From assembly GCF_009914755.1 (NCBI RefSeq), contig NC_060944.1: a stretch of 64,000 nucleotides of DNA; one strand, 5' to 3'. This DNA comes from the human T2T-CHM13v2.0 reference genome, Homo sapiens. Made by a program: the position numbers and the translations under genes. The number at the start of each line of letters is the position of its first letter. The first letter of the stretch is position 1. Shown piece after piece: positions 53,990-64,000 of this stretch. The notes under the pieces are model-generated. The model ran no database searches, was not told the origin of the DNA, and saw nothing but the letters and a program-made list of their open reading frames with translations.

Positions 53990-54500
53990 ACTGGCTTGGT
54001 CAAAGCTTGCAAAATGGCACCAGTGATTAAAACATCTTATGCTGTCCTCGGGCTGCAGAAGCTATCACTGACAAAAGAGCTCATACACACACACACAAAA
54101 GGAAAGAAATTAGCCATTAAGAAATATTTCAGCATAATGCAATTATTACAGCTGTATAATTGAATGGGGAAACCATTGATCTGTAGTAGAAAGGAAATTG
54201 CTCTTCTCATTGTGTTCCTATGAATATGTGAACATTAATCTCCATCTATAATCAACGTTCATTTCAAATCTGATTGCATGCTACTAAACACCCGTAGCTA
54301 TGCTAACATTATGTTAATATGGTTCAACATCATAGCTCCCAGCTTCACAGCACAAATATTTTTCTTTGGCAATCAATAGTAATTTCAGCTGAGTGGATGG
54401 AAGTCACGTTTTAATGGTAATCTTTCCTCCAAGCCTCCAAGTGGAAACTCAGTTGGTGTCTTAACATGGCTGCAGCATGTTGCATATAATCAGATAAATT
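53990..54500. promoter_or_regulatory. Candidate conserved non-coding element
   Basis: Repeat-free AT-rich block with many TAAT/ATTA cores, CATTGT, ATCAAT/ATTGAT and CAGCTG motifs. Inference only. Confidence 0.4.
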
Positions 54501-55795
54501 AACCTGAAAAGAAATAGAGAGAGAGGAAGGAAGGGAGGGGACATGGATCAGAAATAAGGAGGAAGCTTAGCAAAACTCTAGCTAATAGATGAAAGTGTAC
54601 ATTAGGTAGAAAAAGAGTGAGGATGAATGGGTAGATGGGACAGAGTGAATGTGTGTCGGAGGGGCATGCAGGAAGGGTTGTTAAGAAATGAGACTGTGTT
54701 CCTTCTGGCTATAAGTCAATGGGATGGGATGGAGCAGCCAGGATCCTGGGCAATTTGGATTTTGCCAAAGCAACCAAGATACATGAGGAAGGAATAGGAA
54801 ACTTAACAAACATGGGTGGATGGCATACCGAGTCATCTCTGCTTGGAAGAGTTCACTCAGATATCTCCTCCTTCTCATATCCACACGTTCATTTACAGCA
54901 AACAATAGAAAATATAGAAAATTTTATAGATTTCTATATCTATAAAACATACAGATAATTTTGAAAGTGAAAAAAATTTATAAGGGAGAATCTTTTATTT
55001 TTAAGCATGGCTACTGCTGGACACCAAGAATATGAAGATGAACGAATGTCATCTCTGATCACTAAGAGTTGATGACCCAGAGTGGGAGAAGAAAGATAAA
55101 CAACTCACAGTATCAACCCACATCTCCTGGGATCCTCCTCCTTCCCCTGGCCATAATAATCCTCTCCCTTCATATTTTTTTAAAAGAAGAGAGAGAAGAG
55201 GGAGAAGCATTTTGGTTACATTCATTCCTCAAGCACTTTTTTCAGCCCCAGAAACCTAAATGATGGAAATTCTCAGACACAATCATTGGCTCCATTCCCA
55301 CATCCAAGGACAATGCCCTCCACAACCCCCGTTTTTTTACATACCTTGTCTAAGACTGAAATCAGAGGCTCCTTCTGTGATAAGAATCAAAGTTACAACC
55401 TTTATGTATGCAGGTTGTTTATAATAAGGCAAAGGAAAATAAAACCTAAGTATTCTCAGCCTCTTCACCTGCTCCTTCAAAGAAATCTGGAGTTGTCACT
55501 TCCCTTCACAGCTCCCCCAGCCCCTGGCGCTCTCCTTCCTGGCTCCTGTTTTGAAGATCAGGGGAAGAGAACATTCTCCTAAGGACAGCAGGGTATCCAT
55601 TGATATAAGAAGGGAAATCCAGAGGTGAGGGGACAATGAACCAATGATACAGCACAAGGAGGACCCTGCAGGACAAAAGACCATTAGTATTAAGTGTTTC
55701 CTTGTTTGAGGAGTTCAGAAAGAGGAGAAAAATCCTGAAAGAGAAACTGCCAAGGATATAGAAAATACTGAAAATGATGGTTATAGGGAAACAGA

Positions 55796-56068
<273 letters not shown>

Positions 56069-56499
56069 AGGTAACAGAATTTTAAAAGCTTTTTCTGTAT
56101 ATTTTGCAGCTTGTCCCACTCTGTCTTTCTCTAAAAAGACCTCAGTAAGAAAATTAATATCCTTTTCCTATTTGTTTTGCTCTTTATAATCCCGAAGTGA
56201 ATAAAGATTTCCATTGCTTTTCCCTGTTTATTTTTTATAATTTCAAAATGCCTTGTGTAGGATGACAGTGATTATGATTATTATCAAATAGAATTTACGT
56301 AACAATATCAGGAACTATTCAGTTTCCTCTCTCAAACCCATCCCTCTCTTTTTATCCCTAAAACTCTTGCCCACCTTTAATCTTCTGAGCTCTCCTTGAA
56401 TTATTGCACCTGCCTCCTCCTGTCCTCACTAAACTCAGTGTTACTCCCTTCTCATCTGTCACCTGCAAAATAGCCAATAAAGCTAGCACAATTGGGCAC

Positions 56500-58180
56500 A
56501 ATTTTTAAGGCATTTGAAAATTAAGGATCCAGAGCATGAAAACGGGACTATATTTTTTCAGCCATGTTTAAAGTCATGCAATACTTAATGAAGTACTACT
56601 TGATGAAATTTTACTAAACTTATTGTTAAATGTGTAGAAGCTTATTTTGAGTTTTATTGCTTATTAGCAAAGCCAGAAAAGAAAAAAAATCATTGGGGAA
56701 ATATTCAATCTTCCAACCATGAGAAAAAACAGCTAAAATAAGGCACTGAAAACAATATGGTGACAAATAAAAATGCATTCCTTTGTTAGCAGATTCTGTC
56801 TGAAGATACAGAGAAAAACCTTGCTGAAGATTTGATGAGTCAACTGCTAAAAGAAATTATTTGGTGTGTGAGGTTTGCTATCCAGTTGGGTGCAAGTATG
56901 GATGCTTCTAACATTTCTTTCCTTATGGTATTTGCCACTTGAAATGCAGAATAGTTTTTTATTTTATACTATAGAGTACATGTAATGGGGAAGAAATATT
57001 TTAGCAATAAATAACTTCATTATGAAAGCAATATTTTATCAAATAACTGGAAGTGGATCTATCAATACAGTGGCTGACTGACTGGAATTTACTTTTTAAA
57101 AATGTCCAAGTCAGATTACAAAGATCGCTTTGGACATAAAATTCAAATTGCATTATCATGTCGATAGACAAAAAAAATTTTCGAAGCTATAAATGCACAA
57201 AAATAATTATATGTTGTCATCAACAGGCTTAATTTTATAAGAGAAGATCTTTAAAATGTAAGAGAATATTTACCTTTATAAGGAGGTAGAGCGACATTAA
57301 AATTATTTGTTTAATGTAAACAAGAATTTAAAAGAGCTGCCAGATTTGAAGTTATCTATTTTTCTTTTATAAAATGACAAGTATGGCCTGGCGCAGTGGC
57401 TCACGCCTGTAATCCCAGCACTTTGGGAGGCTGAGGCGGGCGAATCACGAGGTCAGGAGTTCGAGACCAGCCTGGCCAACATGGTGAAACCCCGTCTCTA
57501 CTGAAAATACAAAAAATTAGCTGGGCATGGTGGTGGGCACCTGTAATCCCAGCTATTCAGGAGGCTGAGGCAGGAGAATCATTTGAACACGGGAGGCAAA
57601 GGTTTCAGTGAGCCAAGATCACTCTACTGCACTCCAGCCTGGGAGACAGTGCAAGACTCTGTCTCAAAAAAAAAATGACAAGTATTCCAAGTTTATTGAA
57701 ATTACTTTCTGCCATGGGAGTGTCTTTCAGTATAATGTCATCTGGCAGATAATTAAATGGTAATAGTAGCAATGATGCTAATAATAGTAAATAATAATAA
57801 ATATAATCTCTCACTTCAAGATTAAGGTGACATTTTAAAAATGTGGAACAAATATCTGCTATGTAAATGGAGCAGGCTATGGAGAGTGTTTCAAAATTGG
57901 GTATTTAAAAACATTCCTTTGTTATAAGATTTTATTGCCAAAAACAATACAAACGCATTAGTTACAAGAACTTTCATATATACATCCCTTAAAATATATA
58001 AACAGCATTGTTTAATCTGCATAAAATTCTCTAAACAAAACATTATCATAGAACTTGAAGTTTCTGCATTAACATATGGGGAAATACTTTCCTATTCTTT
58101 ATAAAACCACTAATTGGCATTATTGAAGATAGATATTTTCTAGATTGCAATAAAAACTGTTGCACAAGAGATGCATAAAA
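56500..58180 (+). pseudogene. hAT Charlie/Buster-type transposase remnant (DNA transposon fossil)
   Basis: 56820-56936 translates LAEDLMSQLLKEIIWCVRFAIQLGASMDASNISFLMVFA, matching the Buster/Charlie F(A/S)xQLDESTD motif region. Upstream frameshifted LLAK..IGE..LP and IPL motifs. Boundaries approximate. Confidence 0.75.
57385..57675 (+). mobile_element. AluSg-like SINE
   Basis: ATCACGAGGTCAGGAGTTCGAGACCAGCCTGGCC; perfect 14-bp TSD AAAATGACAAGTAT at 57371-57384 and 57672-57685. Confidence 0.97.
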
Positions 58181-58246
58181 GGAAATGGAAAAATGATGAT
58201 GATGAGGTAAGCAGAGCCTGGGTGCCCTTCTTTTGCGTTTTGGTCT

Positions 58247-59230
58247 GTGTGCCAATTCCACTGATCTATTGCTTTGTAACAAAGCACGCCTGAACTTTAT
58301 CATTTTCTCACACAGTTACGGTGCTTGGCCTCAACTTAGTAGTTTTTGCTTTGGGTCTCTGGTGCAGTCACAATGAATGGGGCTGGAATTATCTGAAAGG
58401 CTTCTTAACTGTCTGATGCCTTGTCTGAGGGGACTGAAGTGACTGAAATGTCTGGGTGCTCGTGGGGCATCTTTCTCTCTCAGCAGCCTTTCCCTGTGGC
58501 TAGCTTGGCTCCCCTAAAGCATGGCCAGTCCAGCATAGTCAGACTTCTCCCATGATGGTTGCTTTTCCCTAGAGTGAGAGTTCCAATGGACCCAGATGAG
58601 TCTCTGAAGTCTCTCTCTCTCTCTCTTTCTTTCTCTTTCTTTCTTTCCTTCTCTCTCTTTCTTTCTTTCCTTCTCTCTCTCTCTTTCTTTCCTTCTCTCT
58701 TTTTCTCTCTTTCTTTCTTTCTTTCCTTCTCTCTCTCTCTTTCTCTCTTTCTTTCTTTTTCTTTCTTTCTTTTTGACAGAGTCTCACTCTGTCCCCAGTG
58801 GCGTGATCTCGGCTCACTGTAACCTCTGCCTCCTGGGTTCAGGCAATTCTCCCGCCTCAGCCTCTCAGGTAGCTGGAACTAAAGGTGCACACCACCATGC
58901 CCAGCTAATTTTTGTATTTTTAGTAGAGACAGGGTTTCACCAATTTGGCCAGGATGGTCTTGATCTCCTGACCTCATGATCCACCCGCTTCGGCCTCCCA
59001 AAGTGCTGGGATTATAGCCGTGAGCCACCACGCCTGGCCTGAAGTTTCTTATAACATAGATTTGGGAGCCCCAGAAAGTTAACTTTACCATTCTATTGGT
59101 CAAGATCTCTAGGACCAGTCCAGATATAAGAGAAAGGGAATTAAACTCAACTTCTCAATGCAAGGAGCATCAACAGTACACAGAAAGAACTGTACACAGA
59201 AGGAACTGAAGACAGTTATCAACTTCTGTA
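58247..59230 (-). mobile_element. MLT1 (H-like) LTR split by an Alu
   Basis: TATTGCTTTGTAACAAA...GGGGCTGGAATTATCTGAA...GTGGCTAGCTTGG; resumes after the Alu with CCATTCTATTGGTCAA. Confidence 0.75.
58610..59039 (-). mobile_element. AluSc-like SINE with expanded CT-rich tail
   Basis: GGCCAGGATGGTCTTGATCTCCTGACCTCATGATCC; tail 58610-58774 is pure C/T; TSD TGAAGT(C/T)TCT at 58605-58614 and 59040-59049. Confidence 0.95.
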
Positions 59231-60071
59231 TGAATTGGCTAAAATACCATATCTAATAGCACCTGCTACTGTTCTAGCATATAATCAGTGCTTCGATAAT
59301 GTAAAGAACATGCAGTCAAGTACTCTTTAAAACTCAAGCACAGCTTGTGTGGTTATGATGACTGATTCCTTTTCCTGTTTGCTTTAAGATGCACAGCCTG
59401 ACAGGATTTTTATTTTCTGTTTGGGGAACAGAATACTAACAGGTCATGTTTACTGAGCATTTCTGACATGCTGAGCTCTTTTCACAAATGATTGAATTTG
59501 AACCCCTCCACAAACCTTTCAGGTAGATAATCTGTGTCCTTGAATTCTGCAAATAAGAAGAGTAAGGCTTGGAGAATTTTGTGACTTTTCCTGGATTTCA
59601 TAGCATATAAGTAGCAAATGAATGAGAATAACCCAATTTAGCTAATATCAGTGACTGAGCTCTAAACTGCTATGTACTAGAAAAAAATCTGCAAATATAA
59701 ATATATTAAATTATATTTTATTATATATTTTATGAATTATAATTTTTAATTTTTACTAATTTTGTATTATTTTTATCCTAGTTTATTAAAATATTCCACA
59801 TAATAAATTATGGTATATTCTTTCTATGGAATACACTGTAACTATCACAAAGAATGAGGTAGGTGCCTATTTATATTTTGAAAACAAAGTTACAGATATA
59901 TAGATACATACACACAGATAAAATACACACACACTAACATATATACAGAGAAAGAGAAAATTTCCACAATAAGATACATCAGAAACTGTTACATGTAGTT
60001 AACACTGGAAAATTGGATTTGAATTTTTTGACAGAACTCCATTTTTTTTTTTTACTTTATTATTTAGCGTC

Positions 60072-60281
60072 ATAGCAGATGCTGTCCCCTCCCTGCCCAT
60101 ATTCCCTCAGCCCACCCCTAAGGTTCTCTACAGCCTTGTCTACATTTCCTATATACAATATAGGACTTTATATACATGAATGTGGCTTCTGCCCTCAAGC
60201 CCTGCATAACTTTAGTCTCTTTCTCTCTCTCTCTCTCCCTCGCTCGCTTGATCTCTGTGTCTCCCTACCCCCTATTATCTC

Positions 60282-60331
<50 letters not shown>

Positions 60332-60346
60332 TAGAGATAGATAGAT

Positions 60347-60393
<47 letters not shown>

Positions 60394-60730
60394 TTATCTT
60401 GCTGTGCAGGCTTGGGGCAGATCAGCAGTGCTTGGAAACAAACCTTAACCAATGAGGGACAGCCGTTATGGATACATTCTCTGACCTCTCAGTGTGTCCT
60501 CTTCCCAGCGTGTCCTCTTCACAGTCTCTCAGGGGCCCCAGTGGGATACAGCACCGGTTGCCCCCAGAAGTGTCCCTCTCCTTGTGCACCGGTTGCTATT
60601 TATGCTATTTATGTTCCCTGCCTCACTTCCCATTCCCTCACCAAGTGCCCTGGGATTACCTCCCAGATAAATTGTTACATCAGGTCCCTTATCCCAGTAT
60701 CTGCTTTTGGGAGAACCCAAAACTAAGACA
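60072..60730 (+). mobile_element. LTR16-family (ERVL) solo LTR containing an STR
   Basis: Starts near TAGCAGATGCTGTC; ends CTGGGATTACCTCCCAGATAAA...GGGAGAACCCAAAACTAAGACA. Confidence 0.75.
60282..60392. repeat. Compound tetranucleotide STR (TAGA)12 TA TAGA GA (TAGA)2 TGA (TAGA)11
   Basis: Counted directly. Confidence 0.97.
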
Positions 60731-63700
60731 AACACTATTTGAATTTTTGCAATATGCTCACATAATTTTCACACAAATAGGCAAGCAACATCAACTCCAG
60801 TTTAAATGAATAGGATCATTGAAAAGTACAGTATTTAATGCAGCGTGGATTGCCCTTTCCCTGATGCACATTCTGGGTCTGTTGCCGTGGCTCTGAGTAG
60901 CCTTTCAGCTCCTACCAATAGAGAAGAAGAGATTTTGAGGGCCACAACTGACGTAGAGGAAAAGTGGTCTCTGGGCAGGGGGGTCTTTCCAATAAGGCTT
61001 GGAAAACAGGGTTTCACCCACACACACCATGTTGTAAAAAGGTGCCATGTTTTGCTTCTCTGTTTCCCAACCCTACCCCATCCCCAGCCATCTTTCGTTG
61101 AACACTGCTTCATGCTCATCACTATGCCGTTACCAAGGCTTGCTGAGCTCCACACAGGCTCACAGGCTGGGCCAAGAGACTCCGGGGATTCATTGTCTGG
61201 GTCTAACACAGTGCTCTGGGCCCTGGCCCAGGGGAGCTGAACAAAGTCGTCTCAAGATTACAAGCCATTTCAGCCCTATCAGGGGTTATGGCCCCTACTT
61301 TTTAACATCCTGCTTTTATTTGCAGGCTATGAAGTGTAATAGTTCACCATTTTGGTTTAAGTATCACCATAAAAGTCAGTGAGATGGAACAGGCAATAAG
61401 TAGTTCTTTTACATAGTGTGGCTGAGGCTGGGAGCTTACATCTTCATTAACCCACAGAAACGGCTCTGGAATAAAATGCTGGGGTGGGCGCTCCTTAACG
61501 TCAACATCTGTGAGGACGAGGCCCCCTCCTTCTAACTCCGTGTGCCACACTTTGCCCCTTGCTGGCTCTGGTGCTGAGGAAGTTGGAAAAACAGGAAGGA
61601 AAAGAGCAGATCAATTTCATAAGAGCGATTCTGAGTGTGTGGATGAAACACCAAGCTTTGCAATGGAAAGTGAAAAACTCTTCTCAACACAGATGTGTTT
61701 GATTAGTAAGACACCCCCAGCACCATCCTCCAGGCACCAAGTACTCTGATTAGCTGAAGTTCCTTATCTCACAAAATAAGCATTTCCACTAAAATTAGAT
61801 TAACAAATAATACAAATAATTGTAGGCTTTTGCTGATGGAAAATATAAGTGCTCATGTCTTCCATCCAGAATCTGTCCCAGAGAGATAGAGTTGGTAGGC
61901 ATAGTACATACAATAAGACAACTTTATTTTACTTAGCAGGGTGGCATGATATTTGCCTATATCAGAGTTTCTGGTAAGATTTCCTGCATAACACCCATTC
62001 TATGGTTTTATGTGAAAGAAAAAAAGTTTCTCAGTGAAACAATTTGAGTGGAAATGTTAACTAAGGACATTTCACTATACAGAACTTAAGATTCAAACAG
62101 CTAAATCTGTTTGGTATGTATATGTTGGTATATATAAAAAATTCCTAGGATTCTCACTGAACATTTTCTCAAAGAATATTTCTTGGGGTTCAGATTTCAT
62201 GCCTCACTGACATAAAGGAACTGCCCGCCTCCCACATCATGCATGCGCAGAAGATTCAGAACTTTACCCCATCCACAATAACCTAACATTTGAGCACACC
62301 AGAATCAAGAACAAAACTGCACTAAAACACACCACTTAGGTTCCCATCCTAAGGGAACCTTAGGGCTGCTCTCTGGTCCCATCCTTCTTGCCCAATTCTC
62401 AGCTCCCTACCCCTAAAGTGATAGGATAAGGTTTCATAGCCAAGAGATATATTTTATCTCATTTTCTTTATAGCCGAGCCATTATTTCCTACAGAATTAT
62501 TAGTCTACCTCCTTTATCACTCTCAGCCCCCAATTCCCTATTTCCAATTTTACCCAACAGATTTTTTTCTAAAAATGAATAGATCTATCCTTGTCCTACA
62601 AAAGAGATCATTGAACATACCTTCTTCCATAACCAGTACTTAGTATGTCCTTAGGATGCATTCAGGACTTTTCTTTCTTTTATATAAATTTTCTTAAGGA
62701 TTAAAACTCTTCAGAGTGGTTATCAGATTTAATGGGACCTAAGGACCACATGACCAGAGGACACCCATGTCATGTAGAAGAGATATATGCAACTCCTTAT
62801 TTATATATTCATACCAGACAACACTAATGAATCATAGAATAATCTCCTTCCCTTCATTCCTCCACCTCCATATGAATCCAAATGTTTTTCTATGGGAGAT
62901 AAAACTTATTTTCCCTCTCTATCTTAGCTCTTGCTTTCTGAAAAAAACCAGTAATCTTGAAAAGTGTTTCCAGTCTTTCTCTTTCTCACATAGATGAAGT
63001 GATAGCTATGTGGTTATCTCTCACAAAACATGCATCATTGCGGCCAGAGAAACCAATTCCCTATGTCTTGTAAGCTCTTTACAGACATGCCCATGTTGAA
63101 CAGTGTCTTTCAAGTTGTCAAACATCTCCCTTTTTGGTCCATAGTTACCCTTCACCTGTATCATGTGTACATCATGAGGTAATGAAGGAAAAAAGAACAT
63201 TATTCTCCAGTTCCAGGGGCTTGAGTCAAGTGACACTGGAGAAGTTTCTGCTCTACTAAGTCCATGGCTATGAAAAGACTATTCCTTAATAGTGCTAAAT
63301 TGCAACAGGACAGTGCAGAAAACCTTGTCTTTGGACACCTAAGAGATAATGCATGTTGTCTCACCAGTAAGTAAATTCATGCCAAACAGAAAGGGGCAAG
63401 TCCATTCTTTCATAGCATTAATTGCAAAACCAATCTTAGTTTATCATACAGGCAGCTGCTTCTGTATCAGCCCAGAGTCTATTCTCAGCAATGGGATAAC
63501 TTGAAGTCACTCTTGGGCCTCATTGACCTCTTGGAGGTAAAGAAGAGAGCTAAGATGGTAGCCTCTGTCATCCACACACAGAAAAGTCAAACCCTCAACC
63601 CAGCCATGATAACTGAACCCTTGAACACACCAGAACCAAGCACTCCACGACTTGAACATACACTCATCTTCCCACCTGGTTGCAGCTGTTGCTCACATAC

Positions 63701-64000
63701 TGACTCCTATCTTCTATACCTCCTACTTGGCTCCTTAGCTCTAAATGATAGGATGAGAGATGCAACCAAGCCCCCAAAACTAAGCTCCCATAAAAGCAGA
63801 CCTTTATCACATTTGCTCTACATGGCTATATTTCTGATTCACTCTCCTCCACCAATTCATCGCCCTAAATTCCACTTTCCCTCAAATGTCCCAACAATTT
63901 TTCATTTTCTCACATTTTTCGCTTTTACTTTGTTTTCAAATTTTACATTTCTATACACTTGACTCACTCTCCAGAACTATTCTGATTATTCCATTCAGCT

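Overview
Primate (human-like) nuclear DNA, intergenic or deep intronic. It is AT-rich and CpG-depleted, with no CpG island. I found no supportable protein-coding exon, tRNA, rRNA or CRISPR. The ORF-track hits I could explain are Alu, L1 or simple-repeat read-throughs, and the rest look like chance ORFs. Roughly half the window is recognisable transposon fossil: 10 Alus (most with visible TSDs), L1PA/L1PB/L1M pieces, L2, L3/CR1, many MIRs, MaLR and ERVL LTRs (MST, MLT1 with internal sequence, LTR16), and DNA transposons (Tigger3a, MER20 x2, MER58A, MER63, MER5, a Charlie/Buster hAT transposase remnant). Between them lie several repeat-free islands rich in homeodomain/SOX/TALE motifs that resemble developmental enhancers in a gene desert (inference). 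The most unusual items seen directly are a 202-bp gap-free dispersed duplication (41142-41343 vs 43616-43817) with microhomology ends, a tiny twin-primed inverted L1 with a palindromic tail, a 32-bp fold-back palindrome inserted in an L1, a (GGGA)7(GGAA)13 tract and a compound TAGA STR. I cannot support a novel biological system here. Repeat subfamily names are from memory of consensus sequences, and boundaries of old elements are approximate.
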